A DNA stretch of 64,000 nucleotides from Bacteroidales bacterium (GCA_015493685.1 WGCS01000034.1:5042-69041); one strand, 5' to 3'; positions 18,601 through 27,095 are shown, counted from the stretch's first letter. Program-made: numbers and translations. The notes: generated by a model from the letters alone, not told the origin.

Positions 18601-21083
18601 TTATTCAACTGGTCGTTGATATAAAAGGTTTTGGCTTTCATCTGAAAATCCATATTGTTAATTAGCTTAATGCTTCCTGAGATATAATGCGAATATTGGA
18701 TGGAGTCAAATATAAATAATGGATATTGTGTGCTTCCTGTCCAATCCATATTATGACAAAAAATATCGTTATATTGTATTAATACAGAGTCGTTGGAGTT
18801 ATTAAAAGAATTGGCATCGAAATATACATTGTCAAGGATTTTAGGAATGCATGCACCCGAGCTACCCCCACTACTATAGGACCAATGTGTGCTGTCTTGC
18901 CAGTTGCCGTTTCCATTTACCCAGTAGTGATCTTGGGCGTTATTATTAAATGTCCAGCCTGAATTCTCTCCTAAATCACTGCTGTTGTTGGCAATAAAAC
19001 TGGCGCCACCAACAGCATTGCTTCCACGTAAACTAACATTATTGGCTACGATGGTGGCAGAGGCAGGAAGGCTTAAGATGAAATAACTAATGCCGGTAGA
19101 TTCCAATAAATTAATGGTTTTAGTACAGCTGCCATCAGCAAGAAGAGCTTTGTTTATGGTGTCTGTTCTAGCGAAGAAAGTAAAGCTGTGGCCAGCCTTA
19201 AAGTAGGAGGTGTCGGAAATAGCAATTCCGGAGAGAGAAACATCCGCAAGATAATTGATCCTATTAAAGAAAGTTGATGCACAAATAAAACTTGATAGAT
19301 TAGCGCTTTCGTTGAAAGTAAGATTGTATAATGAATCAGGTAAGTTTCCGGAGCTTTCAAAATGGCTTCCGTTATTGAGCATGTGAATATGTGAAGTGCC
19401 CGGGTGTATGATTAAACTGTCCTGTTGGATATTACAACCCAGTTGAATATCAATAACGGAAGAGGAAAGATCTAATATTTTTGTGAAAGAAGAGTTTATT
19501 TGTAAACTATTACAATTGATATAATTGCCATCAGTGATAAGATGTCCTTTTGAAAATTTTATTCTTTTATTAGGATTTATTAAGCTATCGGTGAGCACCC
19601 AGCTTCCCAAGCCAATAAATTCTATATTGTGTTTTAAATTGATATTGGAAGTATGAATTGTTTCGCCTGTGTTATCCGAAACGAAAAAGATAGTGCTTGT
19701 ATTTTGCATCTGTAGCGAGTTTCCTAAATAAAGCGAACCGGAGATATGAATATCTTTATTGAAGTCCCATGTTCCGGCAACGTTATCGTGCCATAGAATG
19801 TTATGACATTCGGCGGGGATATTTCCTGAAATTATTAAACTTAAGTTAGTGGTGGAATTGCTGTCAATAATTACATTATCAACAAGAGTAGGGATGCATT
19901 CGCCTCCTGCTCCTCCGGAGATTGAAGCCCAATGGAGAGTGTCGTCCCAATCACCATTTCCATCAACCCAATATAGAGTTCTTGCATTTGGAGGTAACAA
20001 ATTCCAGCCTGTATTATCACCTAAATCGTCGGTAGCCATTGCATTGAAGACAGCACCTCCTGTGGCATGAATATGTTTAAGAATAAGATAGTTGCAATTT
20101 ATTACACCGCTGACTTTATTTATGCTTGCAAAACTTCCGCCACCCTGAATACTTAGTTTATTGTTGCAGCTCCCATTGGCAATAAATGCGTGTTGTATAG
20201 TTTGAGTAGTATTAACAGCTAGGGTATATTGCTGCCCTTTGCTAAATAGTAAACTGTCATAAGTATTGTTGCCATTGATAATTCCGCCGCCACTAAAAAT
20301 AACTTTATGGAAATTAATGGGGACAGATGGATTTGAAAGTTCACCTATTGCTCCTGTAAAATACACATTGTTATAAGTAAGGCTATTGTTAGTTGTGTGG
20401 TTGAAACTTTGGTTGCTAATGCTTATATTGGAATTAGTGGCATTGACATGAAACCCATTGCCATTAACAGTCCAATTGCCAATTTGTAAGCTGGAATTTG
20501 TAATAATTAGGTTTCTGTTGAGTGATGAATTGGAAGTAAAACTATTCCCTTGAATGCTTTTCCCATTGCTATTAAAAGTGCCATTTTCAAAGGATATACT
20601 ATTGAAATAAAGACTACTACTGAGAATCCAACTTCCGCCGCCTTTAAAAAACAGGGGCGACGAAAAATTCAGCCCATGGGGTTTTATCTCTGAAATACCG
20701 GCGGGGGCTTCAAAATAGAGTTTAGCTGTTGGTAAAGAAAGAAGGTTGCTTAATTTAAAATCACCATAGATTTTCCATATTTGACAGCTTCCGATAAAGT
20801 CAAGGTTAGAAGTAATGAGCTCTACATCAAAATTTTTACAGAATAATGTACTGATATTGAGATTGATAACAGCGCTATTATTCATCGAATTAGTATCAAA
20901 AATTACATTGTCAGCTGCTGTAGGCGTTTGAATATGGTGCGTAGTTCCTCCTGAACTTGTAGCCCAATGGTTAATATCGGACCAATTTCCGGAACCACCA
21001 ACCCAATAATAATCAGAGGTATATCCTGCTATCGAAAAGACTAAGAATACACAAGTTATTGCCAATTTTTGTATGAAAAGCAT
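15645..21083 (-). CDS. Giant modular cell-surface protein with a T9SS type B (gliding-motility CHU_C) C-terminal sorting domain
   Basis: 1812 aa with a signal peptide. Four ~350-aa modules are followed by a SprB-like repeat (CFNDSNGSIQI...YQWSNQQTG...GNYTLTVSADSGLC) and two Cys-containing Ig-like repeats (CIGDSVKINLGNYLAYRWN / CIGGNVLLNAGSGYEAYRWN). The C-terminus is VPNVFTPNGDGYNDVFEI...GVYFWEINY. Confidence 0.9.
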   Translation of the reverse strand: MLFIQKLAITCVFLVFSIAGYTSDYYWVGGSGNWSDINHWATSSGGTTHHIQTPTAADNVIFDTNSMNNSAVINLNISTLFCKNFDVELITSNLDFIGSCQIWKIYGDFKLSNLLSLPTAKLYFEAPAGISEIKPHGLNFSSPLFFKGGGSWILSSSLYFNSISFENGTFNSNGKSIQGNSFTSNSSLNRNLIITNSSLQIGNWTVNGNGFHVNATNSNISISNQSFNHTTNNSLTYNNVYFTGAIGELSNPSVPINFHKVIFSGGGIINGNNTYDSLLFSKGQQYTLAVNTTQTIQHAFIANGSCNNKLSIQGGGSFASINKVSGVINCNYLILKHIHATGGAVFNAMATDDLGDNTGWNLLPPNARTLYWVDGNGDWDDTLHWASISGGAGGECIPTLVDNVIIDSNSTTNLSLIISGNIPAECHNILWHDNVAGTWDFNKDIHISGSLYLGNSLQMQNTSTIFFVSDNTGETIHTSNINLKHNIEFIGLGSWVLTDSLINPNKRIKFSKGHLITDGNYINCNSLQINSSFTKILDLSSSVIDIQLGCNIQQDSLIIHPGTSHIHMLNNGSHFESSGNLPDSLYNLTFNESANLSSFICASTFFNRINYLADVSLSGIAISDTSYFKAGHSFTFFARTDTINKALLADGSCTKTINLLESTGISYFILSLPASATIVANNVSLRGSNAVGGASFIANNSSDLGENSGWTFNNNAQDHYWVNGNGNWQDSTHWSYSSGGSSGACIPKILDNVYFDANSFNNSNDSVLIQYNDIFCHNMDWTGSTQYPLFIFDSIQYSHYISGSIKLINNMDFQMKAKTFYINDQLNKSIDMAGQIYDGEIVFCDTGQWSLLDTLYVREKIYHHAGKLICNQEPIFAQSYLADIDKKKTLDFHNGEINIIDGGINRIFYWRSNNNTHLLAANSSLNFIHGGKLKTKGSNQAVFYNVNFLDSSRQGIIKHDHNLSNRFNTLFFSGDGDLNANNYMDTLIFSKGGTYSLQSNSNQYINYDWQANADCYGTIKIQGYGSATNVHKLNGNVNLSSVYLQNIIGIGNGSFTIVNGFDLGGNSSNWQITPPTARTLYWVDTTGEWWDTAHWSLTDGGISGECIPTSVDDVHFTQQSFPVAGSAISNLPIECHTMYWDFTPSNPYMNIYKLNIYGSLYLGDTMTLRSDVQFHFMALDTGNYIRSSQQYTNMIYFQRKGSWKLFDDLHCNTIFHNKGNFILNNNTIFAYDYLSPNNTPRKLDLRNSIFHLKHTFSINSDSINLMANNSQIIFNEYSNNPQLELHLKGTKILHFNNVDFKPIRKGLSKIINENSSHDTFNKVQINNNADIYGEHYFDSLLFQAGNTYQLEEAKTQTVGSFWQVRGNNCFALTLQSTSRGNQAYVSKAAGNVNGDFINMRDIHALGGANYYAGAFSSDISNNSAWIFSNGPQYVYGLGPDTNLSLGGNIILSSVNFNGGPNTSYHWSTGSTSADISVNQTGWYYITVDYAGNCTVYDSLYVGCNINLNYLITDNQCFNDSNGSIQIINTDTIYSYIYQWSNQQTGQVITNLAAGNYTLTVSADSGLCQIQDTISISQPPPIIIAFKDTAFCIGDSVKINLGNYLAYRWNDHYNLSQRWVNLPNIFIVQVKDSSNCWSAKDTITVRQDLPPLVTLHPDTTICIGGNVLLNAGSGYEAYRWNTNATGSSITVYRPGIYWVRVKERNCYAYDTTHILNCKSKFKVPNVFTPNGDGYNDVFEIEYQNIETFEIRIYNRWGMLVYHSTNLDKPWDGSINGEKATEGVYFWEINYTVFGEIDKNPSIYLKGTVSLYRN
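15648..15926 (-). other. T9SS type B sorting domain (aa 1720-1812)
   Basis: KVPNVFTPNGDGYNDVFEIEY...IYNRWGMLVY...WDG...GVYFWEINY. Confidence 0.85.
16794..17843 (-). repeat. Protein-level module 4 (aa 1081-1430)
   Basis: Starts YWVDTTGEWWDTAHWSLTDGGISGECIPTSVDDVHF and ends GGANYYAGAFSSDISNNSAWIFSNGP. Confidence 0.8.
17844..18926 (-). repeat. Protein-level module 3 (aa 720-1080)
   Basis: Starts YWVNGNGNWQDSTHWSYSSGGSSGACIPKILDNVYFD and ends GNGSFTIVNGFDLGGNSSNWQITPP. Confidence 0.8.
18927..19973 (-). repeat. Protein-level module 2 (aa 371-719)
   Basis: Starts YWVDGNGDWDDTLHWASISGGAGGECIPTLVDNVIID and ends GGASFIANNSSDLGENSGWTFNN. Confidence 0.8.
19974..21008 (-). repeat. Protein-level module 1 of the giant surface protein (aa 26-370)
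   Basis: Starts YWVGGSGNWSDINHWATSSGG and ends ATGGAVFNAMATDDLGDNTGWNLLPP. Confidence 0.8.
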
Positions 21084-21271
21084 TTTTTTAAGTTTAGAAT
21101 AGTAGATAATAATAAACAGGGTAAAGGTAACTTATTTATCAATACCAAGCAAATGGGTGTTCTTTCCTTATTTTTTCAGATGATGCTTCCCGATAATCAG
21201 TAGTAAATAACTGATTCATAATAATATGAGTATATTCCATTTAGATGTTTCAGATTAGAGAGAAAATGCTT

Positions 21272-21279
21272 TACTTTTG
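21272..21279 (+). promoter_or_regulatory. Bacteroidetes -7 box TActTTTG
   Basis: Perfect TAnnTTTG, 49 bp upstream of the ATG at 21328. The track TTG start (21277) lies inside this box and is therefore unlikely to be used. Confidence 0.5.
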
Positions 21280-21327
21280 CGTCTTATTATCTTGTTTATT
21301 ATTTTACTTAAAAAACCTTGCATTATT

Positions 21328-22473
21328 ATGAAATATAATATATTATATCTCTTAGTATTATTAGTATTAGCCTCCTGCCAAACTAATAATGAAACCATTA
21401 AAGATGGAAATCAATTGAGAAATTCAAAGAAAATTAAAGTCGGTGTATTTAAAGGGAATGGAGCTGGTGCAGTATCAGTTATTGAAACCATAGAAGCATT
21501 AAAAATTGATACAGGTATTGATGCTGTTCCTATTAGTGCTGTGGACATTCAGAAAGGAGATTTGGCAGATTTTGATGCTATTATTATCCCCGGTGGTAGT
21601 GGAAGTAAGCAATTAAATAATTTAGGAGAGAGTGGTGCTAAAAAGCTTCGTGATTTTGTAAGACTCAAGGGAAAAGGTATTGTTGGTATTTGTGCCGGAG
21701 CTTATTTTTTGTCATCGACAGCGGGATATCCTAATTTGCAATTGGCAAGTTCGGTACATATCGATAGAGCACATTATAATAGGGGAAGAGGATTGGTGCA
21801 ATTGGCATTGACAGAAAAGGGAGAAGAATTCTTTCCTGAGTTAAAAGGACATAAAACTTTTCTTCAGTATTATGATGGTCCGGTATTGGTACATAGCGAC
21901 TCTACCAAAGGCGATTATCAAGAGTTGGGAACCTTTGTTACTGATATTCATCCCGACAATTTTGCGCCTATAGGCATTACTCCCGGTAAAACATTTCTGC
22001 TGCGTCAAGAAGTAGGAAAGGGCAGAGTTTTTCTTTCGGCAGGACACCCTGAATCTACGCCGGGTATGCGTTGGATGGTTCCTCGCATGGTTCGTTGGGT
22101 TACCAAAAGTAAAGCGGTAAGCTATAATCCTAAATGGATAAAGCCACAAATTAATGACTCTGCAATAATATTTGATAGTGCATTGAGAAAATATGAGAAA
22201 TCAAATTTCTGGAAGTTGTTTAGTCAGGACCCCAAAGAGCAAGTGCAAGCAATGAATAACTTATATTCTATCCGTTCGCGCCCTGGAGTGCGTTGGAATA
22301 TGGGATTATTGCGAAGTGAAAATTCTGCAACAAGAAAACGAGCAGCTCAATTGCTTAAATTGACAGAATATGGTGATGCTTTACCCGATTTAAGGGAAGC
22401 GGCTATTCTTGAAAAAGATGTGGCTACCAAAGCAGCCATTGATTCGGCAATTTACTTCTTGGCTCATAAGTAG
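21328..22473 (+). CDS. Lipoprotein with a class I glutamine-amidotransferase-like (BPL-N/DJ-1-like) domain and C-terminal HEAT-like repeats
   Basis: Lipobox MKYNILYLLVLLVLASC. The pattern KIKVGVFKGNGAG...FDAIIIPGGSG...GKGIVGICAGAYF suggests a GATase1-like fold. The C-terminus SATRKRAAQLLKLTEYGDALPDLREAAILEKDVATKAAIDSA is HEAT-like. Confidence 0.4.
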   Translation: MKYNILYLLVLLVLASCQTNNETIKDGNQLRNSKKIKVGVFKGNGAGAVSVIETIEALKIDTGIDAVPISAVDIQKGDLADFDAIIIPGGSGSKQLNNLGESGAKKLRDFVRLKGKGIVGICAGAYFLSSTAGYPNLQLASSVHIDRAHYNRGRGLVQLALTEKGEEFFPELKGHKTFLQYYDGPVLVHSDSTKGDYQELGTFVTDIHPDNFAPIGITPGKTFLLRQEVGKGRVFLSAGHPESTPGMRWMVPRMVRWVTKSKAVSYNPKWIKPQINDSAIIFDSALRKYEKSNFWKLFSQDPKEQVQAMNNLYSIRSRPGVRWNMGLLRSENSATRKRAAQLLKLTEYGDALPDLREAAILEKDVATKAAIDSAIYFLAHK

Positions 22474-22545
22474 TTTAATAGGTTCTTTTTAGTATTTTAG
22501 CATTGGCTAATTTGCTCACAGTTTATTAATTTTTCTTTGTTTTTA

Positions 22546-23169
22546 ATGTCAATCAATACTGCGAATAAGGATATTGCCCTGTACAATCGTATTAAGAAAG
22601 GCGATAGAATTGCCTTCAATACTATCTTTGATAAGTATTATGACAGCTTATGCGATTTTTCGTATATGATGAACGGGAATAAAGAACTTGCCGAGGAGGT
22701 AGTTGCCGATGTTTTGGCAAATATTTGGATTAAAAAAAATAAGATTGAAATTGTCCACAGCCTTAAAGCTTATTTGTTTAGAAGCACGCGCAATATGACA
22801 ATCTCTTATATGAGAAAACGTAAATTGAATACGGTACATATTGAAGACTCTATCCATTTTCAACCGGTAGAGAGCTCTAACCCCGAAGAAAAAATTATCC
22901 AAGAAGAAAGCCTGATTTATGTTGAAAATATTTTAAATATTATTCCGGAAAAGAGCCGCAGAATATTTAAAATGCATCGTTTTGATAAATTAAAATATCA
23001 AGAGATCTCTAATATCTTGGAGATTTCTAATAAAACGGTGGAAAAGCACATGAGCAAAGCAATCAAAATTATGCGTGAATATAAGGCAACGCATTTATTG
23101 TTAGTACTCCTTAGCTTTACAGCTATTATTAAAATAGTGTTCTCATTTCAGCAAGGAACATTTTTGTAA
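22546..23169 (+). CDS. ECF-type RNA polymerase sigma-70 factor
   Basis: Region 2 (FNTIFDKYYDSLCDFSYMM...EEVVADVLANIW). Region 4 HTH (RRIFKMHRFDKLKYQEISNILEISNKTVEKHMSKA). Start set at ATG 22546. An unusual 28-aa hydrophobic C-terminal tail is present. Confidence 0.85.
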   Translation: MSINTANKDIALYNRIKKGDRIAFNTIFDKYYDSLCDFSYMMNGNKELAEEVVADVLANIWIKKNKIEIVHSLKAYLFRSTRNMTISYMRKRKLNTVHIEDSIHFQPVESSNPEEKIIQEESLIYVENILNIIPEKSRRIFKMHRFDKLKYQEISNILEISNKTVEKHMSKAIKIMREYKATHLLLVLLSFTAIIKIVFSFQQGTFL

Positions 23170-23210
23170 TACAATGGTAGGGTACTAGAGGTAATGCTGC
23201 GTCGTTAATA

Positions 23211-23218
23211 TACATTTG
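23211..23218 (+). promoter_or_regulatory. Bacteroidetes -7 box TAcaTTTG
   Basis: Perfect TAnnTTTG, 32 bp upstream of the ATG at 23250. Confidence 0.45.
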
Positions 23219-23249
23219 TTTAATTTATTAATTAAAAATTTATTTGAAG

Positions 23250-24320
23250 ATGAGAAAAAAATTACTTTTTGTAGCCGCTTTTTTGATGGCTTTTAGTTTC
23301 GTAAATGCACAATATTCTGTGCTTTTAGTGGATGATGATGCGAATGGAGCAGATGAGTCTTCGCACATTGATACTGCCTTAGCCCACTCCGGGTATACCT
23401 ATTCCTTTATTAATATTGACACTAACGCAACTCCAAGCTATGCTGATCTTAAAGATTACGACATGGTAATTTGGACTACTGCCAATGATGGTGCTGATTT
23501 GCATTTGTGGGATGTTTCGGATACTGCTGCCAATGGTGCAGGTGCAATAAAATTTAATGCTGCATTGCAACAATATGTTGATTCAGGTAAAGTTGTTTGG
23601 GTTGACGGTATAGATTTTATGTATGATATTTATAAAAAAACACCTACAACATTTGCTGCCGGTGATTTTGTTTATGATGTAATGGGAATTCAAACTTATG
23701 TTGCTCAATCGCACAAAGACGATTCATTGGGTTCTTTTACAGGTCTACCAATGGATTTGAAAGCCGCAACAAATACAATTACTACTTTAGATACTATTCG
23801 CTGGAAATGGTCTTCACTATGGTATGGTGATGCTTTTGATGTTACTCCGGCTACTACCGTTCTTTATGAAATGGGCCCTGCTACTTATGATTTTGCCGGT
23901 AAAGCTTCGATGTTTTATTTATATAATGTAATTACTTCTTCTATGCGTATTGGTTCTATTGGAGACAGTCATAATTATGCACAAGGTGATTTGGATGTGC
24001 TTGTAAAAGAAATGGTTGATGCTGCCGCTGCCGGAACTTTTGTTAACCCTACCATTGGCATTGATGAGGCTAAAAATACAATTTCGAAAGTTGCTGTATA
24101 TCCTAATCCTGCCACCAATAGAGTTACATTTGCTATTCCTGCTCAGAATGCAATTGTTGCCGTTTATGATATTACAGGCAAAGTGGTTTTTAATCAGTCT
24201 GTTGAAATTAATGGAGGATTGTTTAATTTAGATATTTCAAACTTAAACTCAGGAATGTATTTCTACAATGTAACGGTTGATAATTCATCAGTTACCGGAA
24301 AATTTTCTGTAGTAAAATAA
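23250..24320 (+). CDS. Secreted protein of unknown function with a T9SS type A C-terminal sorting domain
   Basis: Signal peptide MRKKLLFVAAFLMAFSFVNAQ. C-terminus VAVYPNPATNRVTFAIP...VAVYDITGKVVF...GMYFYNVTVDNSSVTGKFSVVK. Confidence 0.8.
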   Translation: MRKKLLFVAAFLMAFSFVNAQYSVLLVDDDANGADESSHIDTALAHSGYTYSFINIDTNATPSYADLKDYDMVIWTTANDGADLHLWDVSDTAANGAGAIKFNAALQQYVDSGKVVWVDGIDFMYDIYKKTPTTFAAGDFVYDVMGIQTYVAQSHKDDSLGSFTGLPMDLKAATNTITTLDTIRWKWSSLWYGDAFDVTPATTVLYEMGPATYDFAGKASMFYLYNVITSSMRIGSIGDSHNYAQGDLDVLVKEMVDAAAAGTFVNPTIGIDEAKNTISKVAVYPNPATNRVTFAIPAQNAIVAVYDITGKVVFNQSVEINGGLFNLDISNLNSGMYFYNVTVDNSSVTGKFSVVK

Positions 24321-24334
24321 ATGATTTAGTTAAT

Positions 24335-24361
24335 AAGGGCTGAAATTTTATTTCAGCCCTT
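24335..24361 (+). terminator. Hairpin after the T9SS cargo gene (possible weak terminator)
   Basis: AAGGGCTGAAA-tttta-TTTCAGCCCTT, an 11-bp perfect stem. The downstream T-tract is poor. Confidence 0.45.
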
Positions 24362-24390
24362 ATTAATATTAAAAATAGAGTACATTCTTT

Positions 24391-26082
24391 ATGAAGCATT
24401 TCGGTTTACTGTTTTTTTATTTCTTTATAGTGTCCAATTTATGGGCACAATCTATCTCTACCGATAGAATTATCCTCTTGCGTAGCGGTTTTGAAAAACA
24501 AAATCAGTTGGAAGGTAAAAACAGTGCTTCATATATTATTTATGGAGAAAATAATGATACTATGGCCATTGTTTTTAATTATTCAAAGGCCTTTGTTGTT
24601 ATTAGTAAGAATAAAGACTTTCCTCCAATAAAGGCTTATTCCTTGAATCATACTATTAATATAGCCAATGCTTTTGATAAATCTAATCCTGTTTCTTTTT
24701 ACAATTTATTACGTGATGATTATATTCAGTTTGCCAAAAATAAGGCACAGAATAGAGATTTTGTCACCATTAATAATAAAGATTGGAATAGGCTGACGCA
24801 AGTTGTTAGGAATACCAAAGCAAGTAAATCGCAAATAGGGCCCTTATTACCTTCGCTGTATGGACAGGTAAATTGCAAAGATCAGAATAATCACACCATT
24901 AATGTTTCAAATCTTTATACTCCTCATAATTATGCTCCCGGTTGTGTAGCCATTACCTTTGCTGAGGTATTGCAGTATTATAAGTGGCCTCGTATTGGTG
25001 TTGGAAGTCATTCTTACTCCGATAATTATGGAAGCTCTAGGGGCGATTATTCTTTTAATTATGGAAGTAAATATTTTGCTTGGGGAAATATTTTAGACAA
25101 ATATTATAAGGTGTCATCAAGTTCGGTACAACGATTGGCATTGGGTTATTTGGTTTATGGTTGTGCTGTGGCCGTCAATATGGATTTTGAATCCAATGGC
25201 GCTACATCTAATGTAAATAGAATACCGTCAGCAGCAAATAAGTATTTTCGTTATACAGCTAAATATATCACCAAATCTACACCTACTTTTTGGGCTGATG
25301 TGGATTCTAATATTATCAATAAGCGACCTGTTCAGTTTCCAATATATACCTCATCAGGTGCCGGGCATGCTATTGTTTGTGATGGATTAAAGAATATTGG
25401 TCAATCTACTCAATATTACCACCTTAATATGGGATGGTGGGGAAGTTCCAATGGTTGGTATAGCATACAAGGTAATTTCAATGCGGGAGGATATTCTAAT
25501 ATTACCGGTGCGGTTATCAATATGGTTCCGGTACCCGAATTGGCAAAACCAAAATTGAAATTGGAAGACAATGCATTGGATATAGAATGGTTTTATCCTA
25601 ATCCAAGTATAATTAAGCCTCAAGCTTATGAACTTCAAGTGAAAGAAGGAAGTAAAAATTGGGTAACTATTGCCGATGATATTACTTCTACTCATTACAA
25701 ATATCCCTACCAAAGTACAGAATTGCATCGCTTTAGGGTGAGAGCTAAAATTGATGGTAAATGGAATGATAAAGGTTGGTCTAATTATGAATTTATTAAT
25801 ATCAAACAAGCCATTGCCAATTACTATCCTGAGGGATTAAAAGTATATCCCACCATTATATTTGATAAACTCACCTTGGAATATAAGTATTTGTCAGGGA
25901 GTGTTGTGGTGATATATAATACCCGGGGCAATCAGGTATTTTGTCAGAAAATGGATACTGATGGTATTTCAAAAGTTAAAATTAATATTCAGGGATTGGC
26001 AAGTGGAACATATATTTTGCAGATAGTGTCGGCCAAAGAAGTAGTGACAAGTAAAATTATAAAGCTAAGGAAACTTCAATAA
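24391..26082 (+). CDS. Peptidase C10 (streptopain/PrtT-like cysteine peptidase) with an FN3-like domain and a T9SS type A C-terminal domain
   Basis: Catalytic Cys context YAPGCVAITFAEVLQYYKWP. Catalytic His context GAGHAIVCDGL. Trp-rich HLNMGWWGSSNGWY. FN3-like LDIEWFYPNPS...YELQVKEG...RFRVRAKIDGKW. C-terminus KVYPTII...GTYILQIVSAKEVVTSKIIKL. Confidence 0.8.
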   Translation: MKHFGLLFFYFFIVSNLWAQSISTDRIILLRSGFEKQNQLEGKNSASYIIYGENNDTMAIVFNYSKAFVVISKNKDFPPIKAYSLNHTINIANAFDKSNPVSFYNLLRDDYIQFAKNKAQNRDFVTINNKDWNRLTQVVRNTKASKSQIGPLLPSLYGQVNCKDQNNHTINVSNLYTPHNYAPGCVAITFAEVLQYYKWPRIGVGSHSYSDNYGSSRGDYSFNYGSKYFAWGNILDKYYKVSSSSVQRLALGYLVYGCAVAVNMDFESNGATSNVNRIPSAANKYFRYTAKYITKSTPTFWADVDSNIINKRPVQFPIYTSSGAGHAIVCDGLKNIGQSTQYYHLNMGWWGSSNGWYSIQGNFNAGGYSNITGAVINMVPVPELAKPKLKLEDNALDIEWFYPNPSIIKPQAYELQVKEGSKNWVTIADDITSTHYKYPYQSTELHRFRVRAKIDGKWNDKGWSNYEFINIKQAIANYYPEGLKVYPTIIFDKLTLEYKYLSGSVVVIYNTRGNQVFCQKMDTDGISKVKINIQGLASGTYILQIVSAKEVVTSKIIKLRKLQ

Positions 26083-26107
26083 TACAAGAAGTGTAAATCA
26101 ATTTGAT

Positions 26108-27067
26108 ATGAAGAGTGAAGATATAGAGTGGAAATTATTAGTAAAGCATTTATCCCAAGAAGCGAGTTTGGAGGAGGAAGCTCGCTTTACTGAGTTGCTC
26201 AATAATGATTCTGGTTTTGCCGTTTTATATGAAGAGGTGTCAGAATTATGGAATGATTTACAAAACAACGCCCCTGATTTTGATAAAGCCAGGGTCAGAA
26301 TGCTCACAGAGGAGAAGATAAATACTGCAAAGCAGACACTAATTCGTAGGAACATATTAAAATATGCAGCCATTTTTATCGGGATATTAATGGTGTTTGG
26401 CATTATCGCTTGGGATGCTAATAATACTAAAACAGTTATTGCTAAGAATGGTAATATTAAAGCTTATGAGCTTGCCGATGGCTCCATTGTTAATCTTAGG
26501 AAGGGAGCCGAAATTGAAGTCTCAGCTTCACGATTTTTTGATTTTAACAGAAAAATTAAGCTGTTGAAAGGAGAGGCATTCTTTGAGATAAAGAAAGACC
26601 ATGGAAAAGGCTTTGAAGTACTTACCCCTAATTTTACCATTAATGTATTGGGAACTAAGTTTGATGTTGTTAGTGGAGGGAAATTGACAGAGGTAGTGTT
26701 GGCAGAAGGGAAAGTGGTACTCGATAATTTTAAGAATAAGAGCCTGGATGGTGTTAGCATGAAACCGGGTGAAGAAGTAAGCTATTGCACAGGATGTGAT
26801 AATGTTGTTAAAACCAAAGTAAACCCTGCAATATATACCCTCTGGATGGGAAATAAATTGGAATTTAAGAAATTTACTGTCGATGAATTAGCTGTAGTTT
26901 TTAATAAATATTTTCATAAACAACTGCTTATTAACGATAAAATAATTGGAGAAAAGCATATTGGTGGTTCAGCTCCTAATGATGATATTAATTTGATTAT
27001 TAAGGCCTTGTCTGATATCTTGCACAGGAATATCATTCAGCGCAACGATTCAATAATTATAGAATAA
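26108..27067 (+). CDS. FecR family anti-sigma factor
   Basis: N-terminal cytoplasmic helix region, single TM segment ILKYAAIFIGILMVFGIIAW, and FecR domain GSIVNLRKGAEIEV...LLKGEAFFEIKKDHGKGFEVLTPNFTINVLGTKFDV. Confidence 0.85.
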   Translation: MKSEDIEWKLLVKHLSQEASLEEEARFTELLNNDSGFAVLYEEVSELWNDLQNNAPDFDKARVRMLTEEKINTAKQTLIRRNILKYAAIFIGILMVFGIIAWDANNTKTVIAKNGNIKAYELADGSIVNLRKGAEIEVSASRFFDFNRKIKLLKGEAFFEIKKDHGKGFEVLTPNFTINVLGTKFDVVSGGKLTEVVLAEGKVVLDNFKNKSLDGVSMKPGEEVSYCTGCDNVVKTKVNPAIYTLWMGNKLEFKKFTVDELAVVFNKYFHKQLLINDKIIGEKHIGGSAPNDDINLIIKALSDILHRNIIQRNDSIIIE

Positions 27068-27095
27068 TATAGTATTAACGTATAAAAAACATTTT

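Noticed and set aside
15645-21083. Nucleotide-level tandem repeats or a recent duplication within the giant gene
   Set aside because: The four modules are recognisable only at protein-motif level, and the DNA of equivalent motifs differs at most positions. This is not a recent or assembly-collapsing repeat.
25387-25809. 140-aa minus-strand ORF
   Set aside because: It is antisense to the well-supported C10 peptidase gene. It has no signal or motif and a skewed composition. It is a shadow ORF.
26098-26403. 101-aa minus-strand ORF
   Set aside because: It is antisense to the N-terminus of the FecR anti-sigma gene, which has a clear domain organisation.
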